DNA from: Octopus bimaculoides
Taxonomy: Eukaryota
Assembly: GCF_001194135.2 (NCBI RefSeq)
Contig: NC_068983.1
Location: 159,384,175-159,448,174, forward strand
Direction of reading: 5' to 3'
Length of the DNA stretch: 64,000 nt
The first letter of the stretch is position 1, and each line of letters opens with the position of its first letter. Under the pieces are notes generated by a model that was not told where the DNA came from, did not search any database, and saw only the letters and a list, made by a program, of their open reading frames with translations. A program made the translations under genes and the position numbers. Below, piece after piece: positions 1 to 13,081 of the stretch.

Positions 1-1193
1 AGAGAAACTAAATTTAAATTAATTTACCGTATTAAAAATCGTCTAATAGAGATAAAGTTAATAACTTTCTAATTCGTTCAATGATTATTTGTATATATAC
101 TGAATATAATTCATATTTTATATTCAACGTAGCATTTTAAACGGCTAAACAGTTATTACCCTACGCGCGTAAGCGAAAGCAAGGTATTGTAATCTCTGTG
201 TACAGTGACGGATTCGAGGGTTTCGTTAGTTTACGAGTTGATTTCTTAATTTCACAGGAGTATAAATACCTATAATGGTGGTATTTAAAAAAAAATCAAA
301 AAATTAAAATCGAACTCACAGATTTCTCGATAAGCAAGTGATCATATTATTTATATCCTACAACGAACTTCAGTGCGTTTGATTCACCTGCTATCATTGA
401 AAGATGTTGCTATGCAATACTTTCTATAAGTATTTAATTTTGTTCACTTTTTACATATGAATCGGTTCTTGTCTGCGAGTGTATAGATCGTGTTGCACTT
501 ATGCGCGTAGAGTCTTGGGGGTACATACATACATAGATATGCGACTGTGTGTGTGTGTGTGTGTATGTGCGCGAGCACATATGTGTACAGTGATGGATTT
601 GAGAGTTTAATTTATTTACGAGTTGATTTCTTAATTTCACTGTTCTTAGGCTTCTAATACTCTTTTAGTCAAACACTTACAAAGCTTAATTCAGTTCAAT
701 TAAAAAGTATGGGTAAGCAACGCATTGTAAACCACATTATAATTTACAAAAACAAATATCTGCGTACAGGCTATGCATCGCCCCTCCGATGCCTTTGTTT
801 TTCATTTAAAAAAATGGTGCCATCCGTATACATCTATATACAAAAGATTGTGGATTGTCTCATCAAAGCATCTGCGTTCGAGTCCAGACCTATTTAACCC
901 TTTAACTGTAAAATTCAATTTCATGATTATTCCAGTAATGAATTTAACATATCTACAGAAGAAAAGTTGGTATTTTCTGTAAGTCACGTTGCCTCAATTT
1001 TGTCATATCTCGAGACAAAATTGTTTAAAACAGGGAATTTCTCCGCAAAAGATAAATTGGTATATAAACTGCTTTCCACAGTTAAGTGTAATGAAAATTT
1101 GAGTGAACATATCTGCTTTCCGCAATCTTTTATTGCGGAAAGCAGATATATTAACATACCGACTATTGTTATCAGTGGCAAAAGGAAAGTGAG

Positions 1194-1204
1194 TGAGTGA
1201 GTGT

Positions 1205-1272
<68 letters not shown>
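1194..1272. repeat. Compound (GT)n/(GA)n microsatellite
   Basis: Directly visible dinucleotide tracts. Confidence 0.95.
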
Positions 1273-1273
<1 letters not shown>

Positions 1274-2634
1274 ATAGAGAGAAGGTAGAATTTGTTTTCA
1301 TAATTCTCTTTGACGTTATCAGCTAAATCGGTTGCAATTTACTCATGGCATGTTTATGTATCATTGTTTTACAGGGTCAATGTATTCCATGCTCAGAATC
1401 TTCTCCCTTCTTGTATAACTTCCAGTTATACCTTTGTTGTCATCACACTATCATCATGTCTTTGCAGCATGACTTGTCTTCCGGAAACAGGTTGTTTTCT
1501 TTTTCCAATCTTTTACTTACATTCTCTGATATTGTAGCAGTTAAGGCTTTCTAGATAGTAGGAAGTTAAGTTATAGGCTGGTAGTTCTAAGGGCTTACTG
1601 GTTCTTTTGTCTAGGATATTAGAATTTTTCTCCTCGGCCATTGAAGATTTTCTCAAGCTCCTCCGTCAGCGCCTTCTGAAACTTCTCTAATAACAGTTTC
1701 TGTGTCAATAAAATATCTTACTATAAATTTGAGGCCATATACCCGGCACCTTTTATTTGTTTATCTTTGTAGTTCTACTTATTTCACGAACCATATGCAT
1801 TGATTAGTGTCATTCTTACTAAATTCTTGATTAAATCGTTTTTGGTTGGACGTGACCTATTTATTTTGTCCTAAGAATTATTGTTATTTTTCATATTGTA
1901 CAAATTTGTTCTTTGTAATTTAGCGAGTGTCTCTTGATTTAAGAGTTCATTGATTCGGATACTTTCCTTTTTATCATATTTTAAAAAATATTTCCTCTTC
2001 TTTTTATTTTCAGCTGTGTAGTTATCAAATCTTAAGGTAAGTGTAAATTGGCAGAGCTGTTTAGACGAGCAGACAAAATTCCTTGAGGCGTATGGCTACG
2101 TTGCATTATGTGCTGAAATAGAATAATTACAACTTGATAAAATAAAGTACTAGTCAAGTGATAGAGTTATATTAAAGTACATTTCTGACTCTCTAAAACA
2201 AAAACGCTGGTCTAGTGCCTGTCTAACAAATTAATATGTACTAGAAAACTAAAGCAATCGGACGTCACTGTCATCTCCGGCTAAAAAGTAAATTTTACCG
2301 GAATTACCTAACGGAAAATATTTAAAAAAAATCCTTTTCCGTCAAAGGCATCAAAATATTTGAGCGTCTACATTGTCCTGGGATGAAAAAGAAGTTCGTT
2401 GAAACATTGTTCTTAACTGAAAATATTTCTGCCATTGGTCATTTGCGATATTTAATTAGGTTACATGATGGCTGTCTCAGGAGTAGGAAGAAGTGTTGGT
2501 CTCGGTGATAGCAGAAGTAGTCTCAATAACGTGAACAAACACGCCCAAAATTATTTTCAAATACAAAGATAGAAAAGAAATATAAAAAGTAATGTAAAAT
2601 TTAGACAGACATAGCTTACAGCTACACAACAGCG

Positions 2635-2636
<2 letters not shown>

Positions 2637-2669
<33 letters not shown>

Positions 2670-2929
2670 CACACAGAGACACACACACACAGACACACAC
2701 ACACACACACANNNNNNNNNNNNNNNNNNNNNNNNNNNNNNNNNNNNNNNNNNNNNNNNNNNNNNNNNNNNNNNNNNNNNNNNNNNNNNNNNNNNNNNNN
2801 NNNNNNNNNNNNNNNNNNNNNNNNNNNNNNNNNNNNNNNNNNNNNNNNNNNNNNNNNNNNNNNNNNNNNNNNNNNNNNNNNNNNNNNNNNNNNNNNNNNN
2901 NNNNNNNNNNNNNNNNNNNNNNNNNNNNN

Positions 2930-2981
<52 letters not shown>

Positions 2982-2990
2982 GTGTGTGTG
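2637..2990. repeat. (CA)n and (GT)n tracts flanking an assembly gap
   Basis: Directly visible; Ns at 2712-2929. Confidence 0.9.
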
Positions 2991-2992
2991 TT

Positions 2993-3152
2993 GAAAACCG
3001 GTGCTGGTGCGTTATGTCCCCGAAAAAGAGCCCGATAGAATAAGTACCAGGCTTAAATAAGTACTGGGGGCGATTCATTCGGTTAAAATTCCCCAAGGCA
3101 GTGCCCCAGCATGGACGTAGTCTAGTGACCGAAGCAAGTAAAAATAAAAAAT
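2993..3152 (+). mobile_element. SINE family A, 3' half
   Basis: Matches the 3' part of the copy at 13588-14030 (gatagaataagtaccaggctt...gtgccccagcatgg...gaagcaagtaaaa). Confidence 0.85.
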
Positions 3153-3261
3153 AATGCCGGAGTAAATGGCGAAGGAAAGACAAAACAATCACGTGTGTAT
3201 ATCTCTCAAGACCAAGATCCATATATTGAACTATTATGTCTACACTGTGTTAATGTATAGA

Positions 3262-3615
3262 AGTTTGGCTTGGAGAACTGTGAAATGTGGATCTTAAGTG
3301 TTGAATGAAGAAGTGATGATTTGGGCTGTGGTAAATAGAAAACTGCTTTGTGAAATAAGAGCCAAGCAACTGAGATTTTTGGGTTATCTGATGGGGAAAG
3401 AGGGTCTGGAGAACTTAGAGATGACCGGAAAGATTCAAGGGGAAAATATGCAGAGGAAGGAGAAGGGCAACATGAGTGTCAGGCTTGACGAACTGGTTAG
3501 AAGTAAGAGTAATTAAACATCAGGAAATGCAACAGAAAACAGTGAACAGAGAATTATAGTAGTAGGGCATGATTGCTTATGTCCTACATTCTGGACATGG
3601 CACCTAAAAAAGAAA
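3262..3615 (+). mobile_element. RTE-clade LINE, decayed ORF C-terminus and 3' end
   Basis: NEEV...IRAKQLRFLGYLMGKEGLENLEMTGKIQG resembles the RTE post-RT motif (IRKRQLxFLGHVMRKEGLENLxxTGKIEG). Confidence 0.8.
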
Positions 3616-4008
3616 CAAGATGTCTATGCTAAGAAACGAGAAAGTTCATTTTATTTTCAAAGGAACAAGTGAAGCAAACATTTTCAAATATACTGACTGA
3701 AATATATAAATAGAAAAGTATTTGGAGATAGTCTGTGCTATATCTAAAACAGAACATGAAGTAAGGAAGAAGAGACCAACAAATAATGATATACTGTAGC
3801 CCACAGACTGTGGACTGGTCGACGGCCATTGTAGATCGTTGTTTGATGCCCGCTCTTATTTAATTAATTTTCTTCTGTAAGTATAGCAAAAATTGTTCCT
3901 AAATATTTTCCAGTCTATATGATATTTCAGGGCACATATAAGAAAGCGTTAGCAGCATTTCTTCCCTTGAGGGGAAACAAAAACTGTCTACAACAACAAT
4001 AAAAAAAC

Positions 4009-4029
4009 TCCAGCAACAGCAACAGCAGC

Positions 4030-4091
<62 letters not shown>

Positions 4092-4120
4092 ACACAGCAG
4101 CAGCAACAACAACAATAGCA
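4009..4120 (+). repeat. (CAA)n/(CAG)n trinucleotide microsatellite
   Basis: Directly visible. Confidence 0.95.
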
Positions 4121-4460
4121 ACAATACCGACATCAACATCGTAACTCGAAACCACATCGAAATCAGTAGGAAAGACACAATCACAAAAACAAAACAAAAA
4201 AGGAAATCCCAAATCCCAAAGCAAGAAGAATAACAATAACCGCTGCAGCGCCACAATCCTCGACCGCTTTCAATGCCATTGTTGCGTAATAGAGTGATAT
4301 TGACTTGGCGGAGGAATCGGATGCTCTTCGTTAGATTATGCAGTTCTATAATGTTTGACTATACAGCTCTATATTTAAGAGATGAGGAATTATGTACATT
4401 ATGTACATTATTTACATTATTTACATTCGACGGATATTTGTCCTCATCTTGTTTGTTGTT

Positions 4461-4506
4461 AACACAACGTTTCGGCTGATATACCCTCCAGCATTCATCA
4501 GGTGTC
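4461..4506 (-). ncRNA. Minimal type I hammerhead ribozyme motif in PLE 3' repeat
   Basis: Reverse complement reads GACAC-CTGATGA-A-T-GCTG-gagggtatat-CAGC-C-GAAAC-GTT-GTGTT: core boxes, 4-bp stem II, stem I GACAC/GUGUU, loopless stem III. Confidence 0.75.
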
Positions 4507-4585
4507 TTGGGGAAATTTCGAACCTGGGTTCTCATTCCTAAGGTATTTTTCGATGTTGTTATCATTATTATTATTATTATTCAGA

Positions 4586-4652
4586 TCACTGCCTGGAATT
4601 GAACTCGAAATCTTGGGGTTAGTAGCCCACCCTCTTAACAACTACGCCAAAA
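4586..4652 (-). promoter_or_regulatory. tRNA-like segment with Pol III A and B boxes inside PLE 3' repeat
   Basis: Reverse complement TGGCGTAGTTGTTAAGAG...CTACTAA...GAGTTCAATTCC; acceptor stem incomplete, so not a tRNA gene. Confidence 0.6.
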
Positions 4653-5677
4653 CTGTGGGCAATTACGAAGTGTATTTTAGGGCTTATAAATCTAATATTC
4701 TCCTATCCTTCCTTAATACCGCTTCCCATATGCTGTTTCATATTTGCACTCGGTTTGCTTAGGAGATTGTTGTGTCCTAGCATATATGCTGCTTCTTTTA
4801 GTTTTCGTGTTTTCCAGTGGTGTTCTCTGTCTATTATTTTAATTTCATTCCACATGAGGAGGTGGTCTCCATTTTTCCATGCATGATCAGCTATACCCGA
4901 TTTATCAATATCTTCTCGTGTCACAGCCTTGCGATGTTCCGCTACCCTTATTTTGAGTGGGCAAGATGTTTCGCCTTTGTATAACCTACCACAGCTGCAT
5001 GGGATGGAGTAAAGGCAGTTCTAAGTCATATTCTCTTTTATTAGCGGTTTTACTCAAAGGAGATATTTGCAAAGTGTTGTATTACTCTTGAATACTGTCC
5101 TGATGTCATATGGGCCGCATATCTTTTGTATCTTTACGGAGAGGCCTTTCACATAGGGTAGACAGTCTGTGGAAAGTTTATCAGTTTCATCCTCTCTGAA
5201 CGTTAGATTACTCTGCTCATGATCAACAAAAGTGACCTCTCTCATGTCTTTTTCGCCAACCAATATGGTCGTACACAGAGTGGGCTGCATAAATACATAT
5301 GCCTGGGGCTGGCTTGGAAGCAAATATCTTCCTTGTTTAACGGTCTCAGGTTACTTGGTATAGATGTTTTGACTATCATCAAGACCCGAATTTCCAGGAC
5401 AAACGAACTCGTACCAAACTTATAAGTGTCTCTTAATTTGTAAGAGGTTTTAACTAATAAAACGCTCTTAGTTCCTAAAATTCTTTTAAAAAACATATCT
5501 GATTACCAGGATATTAAATATTCAGTGGAATATACGGAAACTGTGGAATGATAATTAGATAAATGCCTTTAAACTATTTCGAATGGAGGGAGAAATAATC
5601 GCTACGTTCTGGAATCAGCCTTAAAATGATGGATGCACTGGAAATAATTAAAAAGAAAAAGACAATGTATGAGATGC

Positions 5678-5679
<2 letters not shown>

Positions 5680-5752
<73 letters not shown>

Positions 5753-5778
5753 GACACACACACATACACACACACACA
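5680..5778. repeat. (CA)n microsatellite
   Basis: Directly visible. Confidence 0.95.
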
Positions 5779-6460
5779 ATAACACCATGAAGCGCAGTGT
5801 TTATCTTAGAATATCAGCATAAAATATAAAAAGAGGTAAATCCAACCTAATGTATATAACAGAAACGTGAACAGTAATAGAATGAACCAAAGTAGTTAGA
5901 ATGAGTAAACTGAGGTTAAGAAGATAATGACACTAATAATACTATCGCCAATACTACTGCCAACATCAATAAGAAATAGGATTAGTAATAACGCTAGCAT
6001 TGATAATTGGGCAAAACAAATGAGAGTTACTATTGAAAGAAAATAACATCCAACAAAATTCTACTCAAGAACTATAAACATACGAAGGAAAAATTTTTGC
6101 CAAAATAGACTGAGTAATATAAATGTGTATAAAGTTTGGTATATAGAAAAGAAATTCATATAGAATTTAAAAAAAAAAAACGTAAAGAAAAATATTAAAA
6201 TATCAAGACGTAGAAAAATTCACGAATTGCAAGCAAAAGGGACACATTGTTTTATAACTAGCGCTTTTCTTAGTCCAGCGTCTTAATGAACCATTCTGGC
6301 TGTGAAGAAGAAGAAAAAAATGTTGTGTGTAATAATAACTATGGTAGGTTGACTTGGAAATAGAATAAGAAAAAAAAAATCCCAACTACCCAAGACTAGT
6401 CATTACCAAGAAATGTAATCAGACATTTATATACGATCACAATCACTCACNNNNNNNNNN

Positions 6461-6523
<63 letters not shown>

Positions 6524-7699
6524 CGCAGACTCACACGCACTGACACATACAAACATACACAAACACGCGAACACAGAGGACACATATGAAATGTGTTTTG
6601 TTTGTGTATTCGTTAGGATTGAAAACGAACTGTTATATATAATATATATCCACACACACATACACAAACTCACACGCACGCACATACTCGCACATACACA
6701 CATACACACACACATACACATCTTCTCTAGTGTGAGAGCGCGCGTGTTTAAAAATGACAGAAAATTATATTTCACCAAACTCTGGTAGTTAAGGCTAGTT
6801 CTTAGCTTCGATTTTGACATCGTTAAGTTGAAAGAAAAATCTTTCTATCGCAGGTGTTAACTTTAGAAAGACAATTTGATACACGAGGACAAGTATGTCC
6901 AGACACTCAACTTCACACACACTGTTACGCACGGTCATACTATTTTCCGCATTCTAGACATAATAGATTAAATTGTTCTGCCAAAGGAGAAATAACATTT
7001 GCATCGTAAATTAAATTCTTTGGTGCCACTGCGAAAAATTTTCAATAGTTGGCTGGAATATAGTTGTAATCATGAGCAACAAGAGAAAAATACGCAAAGA
7101 TATACTTCAAAATAATATGATGTCTGTAGATTCCTTTCATTGAAAGTGAAGAAAAATGCGTAAGTAGAAAAAAAGAGAAAAACATTGTTGAGGCGTTTTG
7201 ACAAAGTATAAGATTAACGTGCTAATTGGTTACGTATTCGCTTGTAACTTTTTTTAGAAGGAGAACTGCTGGTAATGTAAATGCTGTTGATGTTAAGCTT
7301 GATATTCATCTGTTTATCTACGCTTCTTTATGTTCTGAGTGCATCTCTCTCTGGGGCTGACACTGTCTTTCATATTTTCGGGTCGATAAAATAGTATCAA
7401 TGAATTGTATACTGACTCAATATAATCGACTGTTTTCTCCTTTTCAAATTTCTGGCCGTATATTAGAGATTCGTGACTGCTCTAGAATATCCCATAGCAC
7501 GAGTACCATGAAACATAAAAGAAGCGGCATTTTAATGTTGCACATGCACGTGATTTCAAATCCTGACTGGCGTTAAACTTGGGTTATTGCAAGGAGAGGC
7601 TGCACTGGACGACCAACCTCTCTTGTCCCTGATTTTCTGAGCCGGTAGTGTGGTGGTCGAGACTTTAGTAGCATGTGAGGGACGCAGTGGGATGACCAG

Positions 7700-8515
7700 T
7701 GCGTTCTACGTGTCTCATCATGCTTTAAGAAACGTGTTCTCTAAGGTATCCGGATATCAACTCTTTACACTTCGTAACTTGACCATTTATGGAGACCTTC
7801 CAGTTGCTATCACAGTCGCCCAAACCATAACTGACTGTAGATTTTGACGTAGATTTACGAGTTTACCCTCAATGGAGCCAGATACACTCCAAAATCGGTC
7901 ATCCTGGTGGTTTGCCTTCTGTTCGATGTCAAATTTCTTTTAATCAGTGAACATCAGGTTGAGCAACGTGCCTTCAGCAATTTATAGGATCACGGGACTT
8001 CTCTCCAGTCTCGTGGCCCTATAAACTTACTTGAGCTCATAACGGTAGCTCACTTTGTAGGGATGAGTCCTGAAGTCCTCCTTCATCATTTGATACATTG
8101 TTGCTCGGCTTATTTTTGCTGTGGCAACTAGTTTTCTAACGGAATGACGAGGATTTCGTCGTATCTTTTCTCTGGTAGTTGTGATAATCTGAGAGGTCCG
8201 CACACTTCTTTTTTGGTCATGCCCAGTTCGATCAGCGGTGGAACCAGTCTCTTGAAATTTCTTGACAATTTTCCAGACTATTGTTCAGTTAACCTTAAGC
8301 TTTTTTGCTACAGCTGTATTACTTTCGCCTCCTTTATGGAGGGTTATGATTGTATTTCGATCTATACATATTATCTAATTTACACATCTGAATTTATCTC
8401 GTCTGAAACAAAAAGAAGACGCACTAAGTTTTATAATGATGTATAATTTTCATATCTTATCACATTTATTGATAGTATTAAAGCCCGAAATTTCGCTTGC
8501 CTTAATTTCTGGATA
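7700..8515 (-). mobile_element. Tc1/mariner superfamily, maT (DD37D)-like transposase remnant, N-terminal two thirds
   Basis: Minus frame: DRNTIITLHKGGESNTAVAKKLKVN*TIVWKIVKKFQETG...KIRRNPRHSVRK...PYK...FTD*KKFDIEQKANHQDDRFW...RQNLQSVMVWATVIATGRSP; contains stops. Confidence 0.8.
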
Positions 8516-8903
8516 CTATATATAAATTATTTAAAATAGTTTAANNNNNNNNNNNNNNNNNNNNNNNNNNNNNNNNNNNNNNNNNNNNNNNNNNNNNNNN
8601 NNNNNNNNNNNNNNNNNNNNNNNNNNNNNNNNNNNNNNNNNNNNNNNNNNNNNNNNNNNNNNNNNNNNNNNNNNNNNNNNNNNNNNNNNNNNNNNNNNNN
8701 NNNNNNNNNNNNNNNNNNNNNNNNNNNNNNNNNNNNNNNNNNNNNNNNNNNNNNNNNNNNNNNNNNNNNNNNNNNNNNNNNNNNNNNNNNNNNNNNNNNN
8801 NNNNNNNNNNNNNNNNNNNNNNNNNNNNNNNNNNNNNNNNNNNNNNNNNNNNNNNNNNNNNNNNNNNNNNNNNNNNNNNNNNNNNNNNNNNNNNNNNNNN
8901 NNN

Positions 8904-8943
<40 letters not shown>

Positions 8944-9177
8944 GCCGTTGTCTATTCTGAGATCGTCTGTCCTTTGATATTCTAGAGGCTATCCAATATC
9001 CGCCCACCTTACCAACCTGGCTTGGTGGGGCAGTCGGTTTGGTCACCTTCAACTCGGCCAAGAAATATGTTGTACTAGTCTATAAGTTACCCGTAGCGAT
9101 TTGATATGTTGGTGGATGACAATCACTAGAGAGTCTGACAACATGGCTTACAGTTCTTGATACACCTTCTTACTTCC

Positions 9178-9555
9178 TTGTTGTTGTTGGCATTCCGTCG
9201 CTTACGACGTCGAGGGTTCCAGTTTATCCGATCAACGGAACAGCCTGCTCGTGAAATTAACGTGCAAGTGGCTGAGCACTCCACAGACACGTGTACCCTT
9301 AACGTAGTTCTCGGGAATATTCAGCGTGACATAGTGTGACAAGGCTGACCCTTTGAATTACAGAAACAGGAAGTAAGAGTGAGAGAAAGTTGTGGTGGAA
9401 GAGTACAGCAGGGTTCGCCACCATCCCCTGTCGGAGCCTTGTGGAGCTGTAGGTGTTTTCGCTCAATAAACACTCACTCCCAGGTCTGGGAATCGAAACC
9501 GCGATCCTATAACCGCGAGTCCGCTGCCCTAACCACTGGGCCATTGCGCCTCCAC
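9178..9555 (-). mobile_element. SINE family C, full-length tRNA-derived copy with (AAC)n tail
   Basis: Head ggcccagtggttagggcagcggactcg...ggtttcgattccc with A/B boxes; 3' body shared with 47372-47543; ends in caacaacaacaa. Confidence 0.9.
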
Positions 9556-11010
9556 ACTTCCTTGAACATCATTGCTAAAATGATGTTAGGATAAGGTTGA
9601 TAAAATAAGTACCTGTCAAGTAATGTTTCAGGTTAATCCTCTGGACTACATTCTTTCAAATTTTTAGTAATATGATCTATTTATGTTCGATAATAATTCT
9701 TTACGAGGTTTAAATCAGGGATGGAGACAACTTTTTCCGAGATACAGGTTGTATGAGACATGGATCATCATCAGGCAGGTTTCATTACAAAAAATATTTG
9801 AGGTAATTTTTCGTTTAGTCGAGCCATTCAGAAAGCTGCATATTGTTTACTAAAATCAATCTTGTCGTTTATCCTTCCAGGAAGAACAAAATTGTGTACC
9901 AGTAATTCACTGAGATTTGTTTCAAGCGACAACGTGTCTGTCGTACCACTTGTATCGTATCAACGACATCATTATTATTACATTGTGCAGTTAGGGAACC
10001 ATTAATATATTTATTATTCTATATATGACTCAGAAAATATTAGTATATGTGTAATCATAGAAAACAACGGTGATTTATTTTTACATAGATGTAACTAAAT
10101 TATTGGCTTACAAGTGTAAAGTTTCATACTACTATGAACAAAACACACTTGAAATAGAAATAGAATTTATGCAAAGAAAAGTATATATAATGAATCAATA
10201 AAAATCAATACAAACAAGAAAATGTAACAAAATCAAAATGCATGTGGTCATAATCAGCTACATAGTGAATAACAAATTTAGAAGAGTAACTACTGTGCTA
10301 TATCAAAGAAATTACAAAGCAGAGAAAAAGGAAATGTTAGTAGTAAGGAATTAATCAAAGCAGGAAAGGAAAATAACCCTCACAAATAGGATAACTACCT
10401 TTATTTTTTTCCCTAAACGCCAACAGTATTGCTTGTGCAGTGTGTTAAGAAAAGGTAAGATTATGTTTTGGTTAGTGTTTGTTTTCCAAAACTTACGTAA
10501 TGAAAATTATCTCAGACAACATCACACAGGCATTGCCATGTTATTAACAAGTTCGATTCACAATCACATGGTTTCCTGTTTGATCCGATTACGCAGCACC
10601 GTGGGAAAGCTTCGGGTCGATCCAAGTCATGCGAGTGAAATTTGACCGGCTCCAAGTTTGCGGAAACCAATCGCAGCATACCTCTTTGTGAGTGGTACAC
10701 ATTATCCACCGCTCAATTTAAAATAACCATCTGGTTAATGAACACCAATCCACGCATCCTCGATACTTTACTTTCTACTGCAACGCTACGTGAATGATAA
10801 TTTATTTATGATCATCAGTTTCAGCGGCCTCCAATAGGCATCAACGCCGCGTTCTCTTCTTTCAATGAGCCCCTTCCCAAAATACACGACTGCTATTAAC
10901 AAACAATTATCACTGAGATAGTTACATTACGTAGTTGTATACTTTTCATTAATTACAATGACTTGTAAATCGAGCATTAACATACTGTCAATGACTTATG
11001 TTTCATGGCA

Positions 11011-11073
<63 letters not shown>

Positions 11074-11924
11074 NNNNNNNNNNNNNNNNNNNNNNNNNNN
11101 NNNNNNNNNNNNNNNNNNNNNNNNNNNNNNNNNNNNNNNNNNNNNNNNNNNNNNNNNNNNNNNNNNNNNNNNNNNNNNNNNNNNNNNNNNNNNNNNNNNN
11201 NNNNNNNNNNNNNNNNNNNNNNNNNNNNNNNNNNNNNNNNNNNNNNNNNNNNNNNNNNNNNNNNNNNNNNNNNNNNNNNNNNNNNNNNNNNNNNNNNNNN
11301 NNNNNNNNNNNNNNNNNNNNNNNNNNNNNNNNNNNNNNNNNNNNNNNNNNNNNNNNNNNNNNNNNNNNNNNNNNNNNNNNNNNNNNNNNNNNNNNNNNNN
11401 NNNNNNNNNNNNNNNNNNNNNNNNNNNNNNNNNNNNNNNNNNNNNNNNNNNNNNNNNNNNNNNNNNNNNNNNNNNNNNNNNNNNNNNNNNNNNNNNNNNN
11501 NNNNNNNNNNAAGAATTCTACGAGGTATGGTACAATGCAAAATATCAAACGGAACCTCACCTCTTATATCTCATCTTTCTTCCTCATTTAACGCCTATGT
11601 GATATAATTCTTGAGAGAGAATACATTTGCGGCTGAAGATAGCTTTATATTGTCAATTATACACTGATGTAACAACTATAAAGCTTGAAACACGTGTACC
11701 GCAGAATCCTTTGTGTTTTTGTTTTTATTTTTGCATTTACAATTTATTCATTCACCTCAACCACAAGCTGGCATACACTGGTGCTTACAATTGTGTGTGT
11801 GTGTGTGTGTGTGTGTGTTTGTCATATCCTCGTTGTCTTCCATTTGCCTGTGGAGCTTTTGAACTCCACAAGATAACGAATCATACGCCAGTTATAGTTC
11901 TCACTGCTTACATCAGCGGAAACA

Positions 11925-12150
11925 AGCATGGCTGAATGGTTAAGACGTTTTCTTCGCAATCCTGAAGCTCTTGTTTCACACCTGCTGTATGGCCTCTTTG
12001 GAAAGTGCTTTTATCAAAGGCATGCACTGTATAATGCTGACTCTTCCTGAGATTCTCAGTCATATTTTAATTTAACGACTGATTCAACCGCAAGCTGTTC
12101 ATCACGAAAAAGGACGGATGTCCTATCATATGAACGAACTCCGCATGCTA
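11925..12150 (+). mobile_element. Old SINE: family A-like head with family C-like 3' body
   Basis: Degenerate gcatggctgaatggttaag head; gctgactcttcctgaga and aagctgttc resemble the C body. Confidence 0.45.
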
Positions 12151-12387
12151 TTAATTACTAACCGAGTAGGTTATAGAAACTCATTACTTTTTAAGATAAT
12201 CCATGATTATTATATTGTATAAAAATATGATTATCATAATATATCATAATTGTTCTTAACTAATATGAAGATAAATCATTACTTCTGAATATTGTCTCAA
12301 AAAGACGCTGAAGTTATAATTTAGCGAAGGAAAAAATCTCAAGAAATATTCTGCATATTAAATACGGGAAAGGAAGACTCTTACATT

Positions 12388-13032
12388 CTTATTTCTTTTA
12401 CTTGTTCCGGTTATTGGATTGCGACCATGCTATAGCACTTCTTTGAATTATCAAATGGTTTAACCAATTAAATTTACCCACTGTACTTATTTCTAAAAAT
12501 CTTATATATATTTTATGCATCTTTTTGTCTATCCACCAAGATACACAGATGTAACGAAACAGCAGTTTCTAGAGCATGAAACATAAATATAAAGACACGC
12601 ACATACGGATATACACATACACTCAAGCACGTATACAGACAGACACAGACAGACACAGACGCGCTGTTTCTGTCTCCGAAATTCACTCACATTCCATCTG
12701 TCAGCCGGGGACTATAAAAGACACTCGATTGAAGTGCTTTTCAAGCATGGTACTTATTCTATTAGTCGTTTTGGGCGAACCGCTACGTTACGGGAACGTA
12801 AACAAGCTAACACCAGTTGTCAAGCGGTGGTGGGGGACAAACACATATATAAAGACACAGACGCATACCTACCTACCTACCTACCTACCTACCTACCTAC
12901 CTAACTACCTACCTATATACATACATACATACATACATACATACATACATACATGCAAACACGTACACGCACGCACACACACACATACACACAAACACAC
13001 GCACACGAACACACCCGTCTATCTATCTATCC

Positions 13033-13081
<49 letters not shown>

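Larger units (their letters stand above)
4365..5195 (-). mobile_element. Penelope-like element (Penelope/Poseidon-type), 5'-truncated: GIY-YIG endonuclease plus 3' terminal repeat
   Basis: Minus-strand translation gives LPYVKGLSVKIQKICGPYDIRTVFKS, then CSCGRLYKGETSCPLKIRVAEHRKA, then KSGIADHAW...IIDREHHWKTRKLKEA, the typical PLE GIY-YIG domain; frameshifted. Confidence 0.9.

Noticed and set aside
2557-3222. Long ORFs rich in TH/CV/YI/LS and X (also 8527-9061, 10958-11607, 14733-15484, 32319-33106, 53711-54427, 62119-62571)
   Set aside because: They are translations of microsatellites and N gaps, not genes.
3927-4256. Poly-L / poly-V / poly-Q-like ORFs
   Set aside because: They come from a (CAA)n tract; the flanks have stops and no splice or homology support.
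9480-9555. tRNA gene calls for SINE heads (also 4586-4652, 41453-41540, 63740-63810)
   Set aside because: A/B boxes are present but there is no complete cloverleaf, and they continue into SINE or PLE bodies.
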